Of a stretch of 33,367 bases of DNA, positions 11,497 to 22,974 are shown piece after piece (positions within the stretch are counted from its first letter, which is position 1; each line of letters starts with the position of its first letter). The position numbers were made by a program, and so were the translations under genes. The stretch is from the NCBI GenBank assembly GCA_001687465.1, contig LVLI01000518.1, positions 1-33,367 of the forward strand, in the 5' to 3' direction. The notes beneath the pieces are model-generated. The model made no database searches. It had not been told where the DNA came from and was given only the letters and a program-made list of their open reading frames with translations. Source of the DNA: Halocafeteria seosinensis. Lineage: Eukaryota.

Positions 11497-13091
11497 GAAG
11501 CTAATATCTGGCGACTGTACGTTGTAGTGGGTAAAGCAACTTAAGTTTAACACGTTGAGAGTAACCCAGCGATAAGAAACTACCCTACTCTTTCTGGTGT
11601 GTGTAGTCTAGTGTTTCGTGCAGGGGACACTAAGCCCCATTCAATAACAAATATTGCGTGTGCACGTGCACCCGTTGTTAAGTGAACTGTAGAAAAATTG
11701 TATAGCACAACAGTGTAATACTACAGTGTACGCTACCCACGTTGCTGCTTTAGTAAGCTTTACTAAAATCCCCGACCATTTTTCCGTCTTGGTACCCGTA
11801 GGCTTCTGGATGACTAAGAACGTTAGGCGATGACATTATCACGAAACAAATCAGCAAACTGTTTTCCGCATTCAGCTTGCTTTTTCATCGAAAGACCTAG
11901 ATATGTACAGTTTGGAGACCGATACAGAGCATTATACAACGCCCTGACCGAATCATTTCTCCTGCAGCAGGCTCTCATTACAACAATTTTGATACCCCGC
12001 TTCCCTTGGTGTACACACTTTGCCCGCACCAAACGTGTTGAAGGCGCGTCCAGCCAGGTATCAGTTTCCCAACCATCATGACATAGCTGACCTCGTATAT
12101 CCTCTAACTCGCCTGAAGTGTCATTTGCCTGCAAAACATTCCTCTTAGAGTCGTCTTCTCCTACGATATCTGCCCCGTTTCACTTTGGCAATCTGCCGAT
12201 GAACTCAAAAACACGCAAAGAGAGAGGGAGAGTGATAGCCCGATATTTTCTCGGGGAAATAGCCCAGTTCCAAGACGATCCTATTCAGCACCTTAAGTAC
12301 AAGGATTGTTGCTTGGGGAGCCTTCCAGAGACAGTCCAGTACAATTTGTATGGAATGGTAAATGAGGCAAGGGTGCGGTAAGGATGCGGTCAATTCCCCG
12401 TCCAGTGGGCTATCTGTCACATTTGTGTGTGTGTGTGCGTAAGCGACACGCACAACCTTAGTGGGGGGTAGAGAGCAGGAAGGCAATGTGTGTACACTTG
12501 TGTACTTCAAACTCTTTACTAAGCCTCAGAAACCGCACACTGAAGTTGCATTGCAAATTCAGCCCATCTTGACCGTAGAGATCCGGTGAGTTGTGTTCAA
12601 GTTCGTAAATGTGGTTCGGAACTTCAGAATTTAAACTACCGGTACTGTAAACAATTGTTTAGTAAGCATACAGCTTATGATTCCCGTTATGCTTACGGCA
12701 GAAGAGAGCAAAGTGCTCGATGATTGTCCACGAGTATAACCTCAGATGGCTTACACTAGTTGCATTTGAACGTGGTTTATTGAAATTGTCGTTGAAAATT
12801 TTTGGGCGTTTTGACAAAAAGCGCAGCATCTAAACGTTTTACCGCCAAATACATCTAGTTAGTGCATGTGCGCCCCCCCTGCCCCTTCCCAATCACTACT
12901 GTATACAAGGTGTCTGCACTGTGCTGACTGCATACAAAAACTCGCCGTGTTGATGACTGTCAATGTTCAATATGTTGCTCCGAGGGTAGAAACAGTGCTG
13001 TATGTATGTTGCCTGGTTTGCCCAGACACGGCGTTTGAGCACAAGAATGGGCTCCCGTTAAGGGTACTTGTCACAGTATTGGAGCTGTATA

Positions 13092-16000
13092 ATGCAAGAT
13101 AACAGTCGTTCAGGACATTCATACCATTCCAATATACTGGAGAAAGCGTTTGCTCAAAGTGATCAGCTCGTGAATGATGTGTTGTCGTCGTTTAAGCATG
13201 GGAAAGAGCAGAATCAACCTGGGAATTCAAATGGAACGCGGTCCTCGGGAGCTCCATCCAGCTCCCATACACGGTATACAGGTGGTTCAGACACTCTAAG
13301 AAGTGAAAGAGGTCGTTCATCGTGGTCTCGTGCTTCTCCACAAAGAGATCGAGGTGTACATGCAGAGGACTACGAGGACGATCTGGAAACGGCAGCGGCG
13401 TTGCAGGAGCCTTTTGTGGAAGGATTCTCCCCACAGAGATATGATAGCAAGGAATGGCTGTGGAACACCTGGGGAAGCTCCAGCTTACCATCGACGAGCA
13501 CTGCGCCAGCGGCAGTGGCGAATCGTTCGACTAGCAAGGGTGATTATCAAGGGGATTACGGGTCAGCTATCAACTATAATTCCAAAGCAAGCGGCGATGG
13601 AAACGACTATAATGTTACAACAAGTGGTTATGGGACGAGTGAGACACAAAGCGTGGCGCAATATTATATGAAAAGTGACCATGGTGTTTATAGCGACCAA
13701 CGTACAAGAAAAGACCCTCAAATAGAATCGTATGCAAAACATGCGAAAGAGCTACTGCAGTCTTGGCTAACAGTAGAAAATGACGCTGCTGGCGTTAAGA
13801 AGCATCAATCAAGACCAATGTCCCGCCCAAGTTCGACGACAACGAGGACTGAGCTGTCAGGAAATGTAAAACAAGACTCTGGTAAGCGCGTTGCCGGTGG
13901 AGGAGGGAAATTTCGCGTCACTGTGTCACGGAATAGAGACGGAGAGAGACAAGACGGAAGAACGTCGTCCGCTGACACTGGACAACTTGTCATTGACACT
14001 GTCGGTTCCAGCACTGGCAATGACAAGTTGCAGCGTCCCCGTACCTCCTTTAGGGCTCGTCCGAACTCAAGTAACGAACAGTCAAAGAGTAAGGGTAGAT
14101 CGAACACACCGATTCGTCGCTCTAGAGAGCGAAAGACATTCAGGAACTCTGCAAAATTATCGAAAGTATATGGCTACAACACGCTTACCCCGTCAGACAG
14201 GAAGATGATGCAGAAGCTCATTGATAAGTACGATGAATCGGATTCAGATGAAGGGGAGCAGCATCAAGTGGTGAATAGGGCACCAAGAACGGAATACGGT
14301 AGCGGCCATTATGAGCAGTCTTTTGCTGCAGCTCCTGTGACGGTGGTTTCCAGTACAAATACCGATGTAGGCCAGTGGGTTACTGACGAGACTAATTCAT
14401 CCTGCTCAATGGATCATCCAGTAGGGAGCAACGGGCCTGAAGTACTTGAACGCGCAACAGAAGGGGGAAAACGAGAGACTACTGAGCGGGCGTCCGAAAC
14501 ACCGAGTAATCAGCGGAACTATCAAGAAGAGATTCAGAAGCTACGCGCTGAAGCCGCCGAAGCTCGTGAAAGAATTAACGCTTGGAAGAGTGGATCTGCT
14601 AAACCTTCACTCTTCCAAACTTGCTCCTCGAATAGTGCAGCAGATAGCCGGAGTACCTCCAAGGATACGACTGAGCGCTCGGCAACAGCAGAACACGGGG
14701 AATCTCTGTTACAAAAACTTCAACGCTTGAGAGGCCAGGATGATGAGCAAGACGGGGCAAACAACACTAGGGAGACATCGTTAAAATCGGCGAAGCGTAA
14801 CTCTTCCATCGGGCAGCACGCTGCCCACGAAAAGGCTGTACGTACCGCGGAGCTGCGCCAGAAGCACTTCAACCGCATATTGAGACGAATATTTCGTGCT
14901 TGGAAAACCCAAGCGGGGGAGACTCATCGACGGAAGCGTATGGAGGAGGCCTTGAACCGTATTGATAGGGCACGTAAGAGACATTTAAGGAACACGTTTG
15001 ATGTCTGGAAGCGACAGTTCTTGCGCACTCAGCGAATAAATGCCGTCGCGGAGGGGAAGTACAGGTTTCATGTTTATAATAAAGTTTGGACAGCATGGAG
15101 GAAGTACATTGCTTTGTTGAGGAGAAAGCGAGAAGAAGAACTCCAAGAAAAGAGGAAGAGGGAGCACCAGGAGCTAGCTAACCGCGCAGATAGGCACTAT
15201 AAATGTCTTTTATATTCAAAATGCATGCGACAGTGGCGCAGTGGAGCTGTACGAAGCAAAGAGGAGCGGAAAGAAGAGGCACGCCAAGGTGCCCGCAAGC
15301 AACAGATGGAGCGCTTTATGAGCGCGCTGAACAGAAAACGATCGGACCCGGGGCAAACGGAACAAATGACCGAATTTGTAGGTGTGGCGCCGAACGAAGC
15401 ACTCGGTACAGAGGTCCAAACAATGGAGCAACGTTTATACACTCACCCTGAAAATGACGTGATGAATTCTGAATATACCATCGAGAACTCTGAGGGAGAT
15501 AACACGCTTACTTCGATTACTTGTAGCGCGCCCGAGGATCGCCCCAGTGTCGCAGCTCCCAGTGATTTCTCGTCGACAGTCCCTTCGCACTCGCCCATAA
15601 CTACCCCTGTCAAGTCCCTTGTGGACACCAGTAACGACGTGTGTTCTTGGGAAGCCAAAGATGCTTCTGACGAGTACATCGAGGAAAACTCCATCAGCCC
15701 CGTCTCGTCCTTTACCAGACTTGAAGGTTCTTCTACTCAATTGAATGTCTCCTGTTCCCGTATAGGTCAGGACGAACATGGCGTTGCCGTAGTGTCTTCG
15801 ACGGTACATGCGTCCTCGGTGAACAGTGCGCGCCCGCCGCCCTCGTCGGTGCATCGAGGTGTGCCGAAGAATGTACCAGCACTGCATCTTAGCTCCCAAC
15901 CACCAATCTCTCACGGGCCACAATCCGCTAAGGCTGTCACAGCGCAAACCCCTAGTCAACCGCCTTCCGATAACAAGACGTCGAATTCTAATACTGTCAG

Positions 16001-17033
16001 TGAGACACTGGAAGTAAGATCCACAAACAACAATGTTGCATATTCCGCAAAGCATGGAATGGTAGCCAACACAGGTAGCGACACAGCAACGGCAACAGCA
16101 ACTGGAGAGGGTACCCCCATAGCCAATTCAGTGGCTCCTTCGAGGCCCACAAAGGTGCAAGGCAGCACCAGAGCCAATCCCGAAACAGCGGCGTCGAGTC
16201 AGCTGTCACGTCACGTCCAAGGTTCTGGGCGCGTTATCCGGGGCGATGGAAAAGTTATCTGTACTGCACAACCGGCGGAAAATGGACAGAAGCAAAACAA
16301 TTGGAAGAAGCGCTCTCGTTTCCTAAAGAAGAATGCGCACACGTATCCAAATCAGACCAAAGTTCATAAGGAAGTACAAGAAAAAGTCTCCCGAGCAGAC
16401 ATATTTCGCCGCCTGACGTTGTTAAAAAAGTACGGCCTTCCGCGATTGAGAGAGATGGTGCGCAGCCGGCATCTTCGGGAACAAAAAGCTGAGTCTCATT
16501 TCCGTGTGCAATTATTAGAGAAATTTTTTCGACGACTACACCAATGTACCAGAAACGGAAAATACCGTCGAAGGGTGAAACGTATCGAAACGAGGAAGCG
16601 TCGGCTGCGGAGGTTGGTCTCGAAATCCTTTAAGCGGTGGAGATCCATATATGACGAACGGTCACTTAAACATAAAATGGAAGAGCTGTCTACTAGTGTG
16701 ATTGGTACGATTACCGTCAATTCCGAAGGCGCTACCGTTACACGTAACGACACCCCTGCGAATTGTACTGTAGCCCCTAGCTGCAATGACGGTAGCAGCA
16801 TCGGTATCGGTGGGCTACAGAAGACCACTACCGAGGTTGCCACAGTGACAGACACTGTTAGAGAATTCAATCGTTGGGCAGATGAGTTTAGAAAGGGAAA
16901 GCTCCGCAGGCGTTGTCTGAGGGCATGGAAGTCATACTTTAGACAAAAGAAGAGAGCGTGTGAAAGTAAGAAGCGTCAGGAGCAACTGATGGAACAAGTA
17001 CAAGCATGGTTATCCGGTTCGACCCTCGATTGA
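13092..17033 (+). CDS. Sfi1-repeat/CCDC191-like coiled-coil protein (~1313 aa), probably centriole/basal-body associated
   Basis: Single long ORF, first ATG at 13092. Repeated Sfi1-like L-x3-[FW]-x2-W[KR] segments: ILRRIFRAWK, LRNTFDVWK, VYNKVWTAWR, LYSKCMRQWR, LVSKSFKRWR, LRRRCLRAWK. These fall in two blocks split by a Ser/Thr-rich linker. AKELLQSWL and the terminal LMEQVQAWL resemble my recollection of CCDC191, but the orthology is not established. Confidence 0.6.
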   Translation: MQDNSRSGHSYHSNILEKAFAQSDQLVNDVLSSFKHGKEQNQPGNSNGTRSSGAPSSSHTRYTGGSDTLRSERGRSSWSRASPQRDRGVHAEDYEDDLETAAALQEPFVEGFSPQRYDSKEWLWNTWGSSSLPSTSTAPAAVANRSTSKGDYQGDYGSAINYNSKASGDGNDYNVTTSGYGTSETQSVAQYYMKSDHGVYSDQRTRKDPQIESYAKHAKELLQSWLTVENDAAGVKKHQSRPMSRPSSTTTRTELSGNVKQDSGKRVAGGGGKFRVTVSRNRDGERQDGRTSSADTGQLVIDTVGSSTGNDKLQRPRTSFRARPNSSNEQSKSKGRSNTPIRRSRERKTFRNSAKLSKVYGYNTLTPSDRKMMQKLIDKYDESDSDEGEQHQVVNRAPRTEYGSGHYEQSFAAAPVTVVSSTNTDVGQWVTDETNSSCSMDHPVGSNGPEVLERATEGGKRETTERASETPSNQRNYQEEIQKLRAEAAEARERINAWKSGSAKPSLFQTCSSNSAADSRSTSKDTTERSATAEHGESLLQKLQRLRGQDDEQDGANNTRETSLKSAKRNSSIGQHAAHEKAVRTAELRQKHFNRILRRIFRAWKTQAGETHRRKRMEEALNRIDRARKRHLRNTFDVWKRQFLRTQRINAVAEGKYRFHVYNKVWTAWRKYIALLRRKREEELQEKRKREHQELANRADRHYKCLLYSKCMRQWRSGAVRSKEERKEEARQGARKQQMERFMSALNRKRSDPGQTEQMTEFVGVAPNEALGTEVQTMEQRLYTHPENDVMNSEYTIENSEGDNTLTSITCSAPEDRPSVAAPSDFSSTVPSHSPITTPVKSLVDTSNDVCSWEAKDASDEYIEENSISPVSSFTRLEGSSTQLNVSCSRIGQDEHGVAVVSSTVHASSVNSARPPPSSVHRGVPKNVPALHLSSQPPISHGPQSAKAVTAQTPSQPPSDNKTSNSNTVSETLEVRSTNNNVAYSAKHGMVANTGSDTATATATGEGTPIANSVAPSRPTKVQGSTRANPETAASSQLSRHVQGSGRVIRGDGKVICTAQPAENGQKQNNWKKRSRFLKKNAHTYPNQTKVHKEVQEKVSRADIFRRLTLLKKYGLPRLREMVRSRHLREQKAESHFRVQLLEKFFRRLHQCTRNGKYRRRVKRIETRKRRLRRLVSKSFKRWRSIYDERSLKHKMEELSTSVIGTITVNSEGATVTRNDTPANCTVAPSCNDGSSIGIGGLQKTTTEVATVTDTVREFNRWADEFRKGKLRRRCLRAWKSYFRQKKRACESKKRQEQLMEQVQAWLSGSTLD

Positions 17034-17063
17034 ACGTGTCTGTTGTGCAGTGCTACCGACTCC

Positions 17064-20000
17064 TCAGCGGTTCCTCGATTTCTTTTTTCCTTTGCCTTTC
17101 TTCTTCTTTGACTTTTTAGAACTTTGAGAGCCGCCATGACTAGAGAGCTGATCATCTCTGCCTTCTCTTGAGGTGAGCTCCGTTGCTTGTTCACCGACTC
17201 CAGTATCAGAAACAGAGGATACAAAGGCGCTGTTTGTAGTGGTACCCAACGCAACAGAAGAGTCGAAGCTGCTTCGCATTCCTTCACTGCTTGCACTGAA
17301 GAAATCAGGGTCACTCTTTTCAAAATCGTTGGGCACGGCGTTGCGAGACGGCACACGTTCACTACCCGCCGGTGAGGTAGCTGTGGATGGACTTCTGTTC
17401 GCTGGAGAGTCTCTGGATGGCATCGCGCTAGACGTTGAGGAAACTTCCAAATTATCCATTTCTCTGTTACTGGTCCCGCCCATACTGCATGCGGTCTCAT
17501 ATGAATCTTCCCAGTTGTTTTCTGTATCGGTCTGGAAATCGTTAGGCCCCATTTCTACGGGAGCGTCTTCGGAAATACTGTAGAGTGATCCTATTCCATC
17601 GCTTACAGGAGACAAATTTTCAGCGGCCTGGACAGGTGCAACGGCACTTGAAGTGGCCGAGGTTGTCACGTGTGCCGCATTGATGTCGACATCCTCACTG
17701 CTTTTGTTTGCGCATTTCAGGGTCGCTAAGAGAACAATTTCGTCGGTGTCTAATTGACCCGTTTCCCTAATGCATGAATCGTCGGCCACATCGAAAAGTA
17801 GGGCTTCAGAACTGGGAATGTTTCTAGGGGGAACAGCGACAGTTCGAGCTTCCACTTGCGTGGTAAATGTCGGAAGTTCAAAATACTGGTCAGTGTCCCC
17901 GATAACCCTCCTCAGATCAAGTTTTGCATTCGATGATGTAGACATGTTAACATTGCAATCACTATCGCGTAGGATGTTGAGTAATACCGCTACACCGTGT
18001 GGTAATGGTTGCGGGAACCCCTCGTACGTGTGTTGTTCGCTTGCTTCTTCCATGCTTGCACATTCATATTCCCCGTCGAAGAAATTAGTAAATCTCGAAG
18101 CTGATGACAATGCGTTACCCAAATATTGAGAGAAATATGAGTACCAGCCATCATTGGAACCAGCTCTGCTAAGGGTAGTACTCGTCTCGCTCAAACTGCG
18201 GCCTCTCTTGGGAGAGGCTCTTACCGACAGGGATTCAATATCCACGCTCTTACCTTCTGGCTGAGAATCATACAAAGACGATATATCTTTAGAGGTTTCT
18301 GAGTCCTTCACTGCTCCAAACCTGGATATCAATTCAGCTCCAGTTAAGGGCTTCGCTGGGTCAGTGTGGGACACTTCACTTGGGGGTCGCGACAGGTCGA
18401 GTATATCTGAGGGAGAATTGTCAAAATACGGGTGTAGTAAGGCTAACGCATTTTGTAGCGCCTTCTTGCTCAACTCCGTTGCCATGTCGATCGTATATAC
18501 ATGCAGAAGGCCACCCGGTCCTCCTACCAAGAGTTTGTACTTCCGCTTGGCAGCATCTATGGAATTATAACGCTCTTGTAAGCTTGCCATTCTGGTATCC
18601 GAAATTGCGGACGCCCACGACGGTAACTCAGATGGGGCCTCTAGGCCTTCAAACAGAAGATCTAAATCAAGATGTAGGCCAGTCTCCAGACCATCGTCAA
18701 TACCCTCGCCCTGCAACCACAGTGACCTCGGCCTCACGTCAGCCCCGCATTTGTTAAAGGTGGAATTTACCCTAAGAAAAGGTTCCATATCAGAAATGGG
18801 GTGAACTGAAGACGGGAACTCGGGGTTAGCATCGGATTTAATTTTACGCTCGTAAAGAGCATCACGCTTGGCCAACTCCTGATCCACTAGACATCGTTGT
18901 ATTCGTTCTCGTTGCCGTTTTCGTTTCTTTTCTTCCGCCTTCCACCCTTCCAGATCCAGTCGAATCCGCAAGTTCGAATTCCTATGGGATATGCGGGAGG
19001 AAGAAAGGGATTCGATCCGATTACATGAATGCTGAAACAACCACGAAACTCTTTCGTTTAAATTATCTTGAGCGCGTCGCGGGGCCCCATTTACTTTTTC
19101 AGCGGTAGCAAGCGCACTTTTTAATTGAGCTCGGGTAGGGAACCACATCGGAGCCGCAGGGGCACCGCCAGATGGTTCAATACGATAGCAGTGGCAAGTA
19201 CCATGAGACGATGCCGCAACTAGCATCCTGGAATCAGGAGAAAAGGCAATATCCAAGATTTTCACGGACGTCAAGCCTCGCTCGAGAATGTACAATAACG
19301 ACACGTCGTGGCGGGAGATTTTTACCGTCGAAGAAGAGCGGTCAACATTGCCTGATAGAGCGCTACTGACGCCGTACCCACCCGACCCAAACGACCGGCG
19401 ACGCGAGCCAAACGGATCACTTTGGCTCCTGTATTTTCCTCCACGTACTATTGTAACTTCGCTGCTCTTTACAGTTTGTTTGGGCCACGTTAATCGAAAG
19501 ATTTTTACTGCTTGGCCTCTTTCATTAGCTGTGGCCAGCAATGAGCCGTCACTGTTGAATTTTAGTTCTGCGACTCTTGTCGAGTGTGCACGAAACAAAC
19601 AAACTGTTGAATGGCTTAGCATATCCATTACGAGGACAAACCCGGGAGAGTCCACATTTTCCTCCGAATGGTGGTCATCCGTGTGATTCTTTGTGGTACT
19701 ACTACCGGATGCACGAGTCGAAAACGTATGCGGTTGTTCCTGCGTGGTATCCTTATGCTCTGACCCTGCTGATTTAGCTGCCGAAAGCTGCTCAGCATCC
19801 TGAAGGTATTGCGCAGCAGAAGGTGTTGGTCCAGTCTCAGAAGAGCTCTCGGCAGGCCTCCGACGTATAAACTGACCCACAGAAGTAGTAAAGTCGACAA
19901 CGGCGCCCGCAGCGAGCGATACCATATTACTTGCGATATTAGCAGCATCTTGCACCCCATTTTGCAGCGTAGGGGCTGCATCTTTGATATACTTTTTTCC

Positions 20001-21364
20001 AGAGCTGCGAAGACTTTGCAATCCAGACACTATATTCTTGGTGGCACCATGGGCCTGTTGAGATGTGTAGTCTTCCTCAACTGCTGATCCATTAACATAG
20101 GTGGCATCAAGGCTACAAGCTGACGCAGGAACTGCCATCCACCTGGAGTTCATTGTCACTGGATGCCCAAAGACTCCGCTTCCGGGAAATATTGGGACGG
20201 TGAATATACATGACATCGTGAAAGCATTAAAAACATACACCTGAGAGCGCAGTACAATCAGAACAAAAGGAGAGTATTCCGATGAAATAATATTTCTCAC
20301 GGGCTCTTGAAATCGTATTCGATTGATGAACCTGCGGGTTGTACGTATCGAAGTGGAGCATCCTTGAAGAATGGTACGTCTCAAGATGTAGCACTTACTT
20401 GTTCTCTTTAACTGAAAAGACTCGGACATCAGTGACTCGAAAGGTGTGGCGCCCTGCTGGCTCTAGCTTGCGTTTCGAACGCTTCTTGCTTTTGCTGTCC
20501 TTTTTCTTGTTCGGTTCAGCTGAAAGATCGGAGGGGCTCCTAGAGCTAATACACTTGTACGTACCATGCCAGATGACACTTACCATTTGCTTCCTCATTT
20601 CCTTCGGGAGGGCAAGCTGCCACCAGCAAAAGGGGCTGGTGGGACGTGAGCCTGTGTACGGCTTCGCTGATTATCTCCTTCTTAGCGTCTGACGACATGC
20701 TTCTCAATGCTTCAATGCCCAGTGGGCTCTCCAGTTGGCTGTTCGGTGGAAACGCAGCAATGCGGGTAATTGCATAGGGGGTCTTGATGGAGGCTATCTG
20801 CTTCGTCAAAGCTGGATTAGATGGATTGATAGCATGCACTTGAAAGCCGTCCGGGTAGCAATTGCACAGGCACTTCCCGTATGGTTCCACCGAAATGATG
20901 TGGGTGTTCAACACGACAGCTGTCGGACGAATACCTTGTCCGCCTTCAGTACTATCTCCGTTCACCTTGTACGACTCGGGACGCCCATTCATGTACATTG
21001 CCTGTTGTTCCTTTACTGGTGAATGTGCACGATGCAGGGATCCTTGGTCGTTGGAATCACCGTTGCGGAATTCTGGCTCTGAGGGACCACGGTCCTGCTG
21101 GCTTGTTTCAAAAACATGTTGCTCCGATGAATTTCCATCAGGTGCCACCATGTCATTGACGGGCATGACTTTCATATCACTCGTCGCCTCTGCCGCACCA
21201 TCTACAGCATCACCACCAAAAGGAGATCCTGTCCGTGCGAGCTCGGCGTCATCGTCGTTAAAGTGGTGCGTTGTTTGCTGACAGCATGACGGGCTGTTGC
21301 TCCCTTCCTCTCCTCCCGAGGAACATATAGATGCGTCATTCTCTCCCGAGCGTCTCTCGGTCAT
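17064..21364 (-). CDS. BCAS3: BCAS3/ATG18-like WD40 (PROPPIN-related) protein (~1389 aa)
   Basis: Exons 21364-20584, 20519-20399, 20331-17064 join in frame (64- and 67-bp GTAAGT...CAG introns). Motifs FRAHSTRVAELKFNSDGSLLATA and LYILERGLTSVKILDIAFSPDSRMLVAASSHGTCHCYRIEPSGG, plus downstream TQVEART..PPR resembling the BCAS3 C-terminal domain. Confidence 0.78.
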
Positions 21365-22510
21365 CCTTTCCACGCACAGGCCGCTAATGCCTCGTGTTAT
21401 ACAGTCAGACAAGGCACTTCAACTTGAAGAAAGTTGGGAGACGAAACTAACGATGGGGTGAACGGATGCCTCCCCCTTCTTTTTCTCTCTATCGTCGTAC
21501 TCGTGACGATTCCACAAGTCCAAACGGCACAATTGCCCTCCTTGTTTTTTGTTGATTATGGCGAGAATGAACGTAAAAATCACGACAATTCAATTATACG
21601 GCCTGTCATTGAAGTGTTCTGGGGCCCTGAGGGACAGGCTGGACAGCGCATCAATCAAACTTGAAGTTTCTCATCTCACCCACCCCCTTCGGTAGACTGA
21701 CCGCACGCACACCAGTCAGTGAGTGACTATGTGCCGTCTTGGACCATGATGATGGACTACTGTTGGATGGGGTGGAATGTGCCATTGTATCTGTGCTACA
21801 GTAGAACGGACAGATGGACAGCAACAAAGTCCGGAGATCTGGAGATCGCACGCCCAAACGCCAGGATCGTAAGAAGCGTAGCAACCAAGAATGAGAGTCA
21901 TAGCAGTGTTTTTGACCCCAGGGTGCAATGAATATCCCACGGCATGGTTCACCTAACCGTGATGGGTATCATCCAACGCTGCTCCTTAGGGAACCTAGCG
22001 GCGTAGCATGGTAGAGTACATGTGCATCATGATGTACATGTGGTGCCTCCGGTGCCCGCTGCTGCAGCAAGGCACTGCATGCTGTGTTTTGACTAGCATC
22101 TGCCAGTACGGCCTAGTATCGCGCATCTGCAACACGTTTATGTTGCCAAGGGTTCGTGCGTGTAGGAAACCTGTGGATGACGCTTGTGTGTGTGTACACT
22201 GTGTAGTATACCGTGGTACAATACAGCACTCTGCAAAGGCGATGGCGATACATGGTCCCTCCAACAACTATATGCTCCACAGTCACTTTTCATTGTTCCT
22301 GTCGCTCGTACATGTGCATGGTAGTGTTGCTAGCCACGGACCAGATGTATGGATTGGAGGACCCCATATCCCGTCTGTGTCCTTGCCCATGTCTGTAGCA
22401 TAAACCTGACAAGAAGAATTTCCAAACCACCACGTCCGTGTGTATATATGTATGTATGCACGTTCCACGTTGAATACACACGCACACACACCCACACACT
22501 CGGTGATACT

Positions 22511-22656
22511 ACTTCCAGCCCCTAGGACCTTAGGTGTGTGTGTATTCAACTTCCAGCCGATGGACCATGGTCCATCCCACCTTTGAGTAAGTGTGTATTC
22601 AACTTCAACTATAGTAAGTCCATGGTCCAGGAAGTTGAAGTTGGCTCAACTTCAAC
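22511..22656. repeat. Cluster of short direct and inverted repeats
   Basis: Perfect 18-bp palindrome gatggaccatggtccatc (22559-22576). Perfect 10-bp stem gttgaagttg-gct-caacttcaac (22634-22656). gtgtgtattcaacttc occurs twice, acttccagcc at 22511 and 22549, and ccatggtcca twice. Confidence 0.8.
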
Positions 22657-22974
22657 GTGGATACCTTGCGGCAGGAAGTCAGTACAGCTATACAGAGCGA
22701 GTTGTGTACATTCTGGTCTCCCCGCTGGCAGTTTCAGTAGTAGACTATTGAGAGTCCTCGATAAGAACAAGGTGGAATTTGGACCGAATTATCAAGGTGG
22801 TGGAACGTGCACTTGCTTGGAAGGACAGCACTCTCACGCGTTCGCCTTGAGATCCCCTTTGAAACCCTTTTTGTAGTTTTTTTCATTCGGAGGGAAGGTT
22901 ACTCCATCGGATCGATCGTATCTGGTATCTTTTCGCACTAGACGTCCGCCGCAGATACAGCCCCTGCAACTACG

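Noticed and set aside
21995..22549. Cys/Val/His-rich ORFs on both strands
   Set aside because: They are by-products of TG/CA-rich low-complexity DNA.
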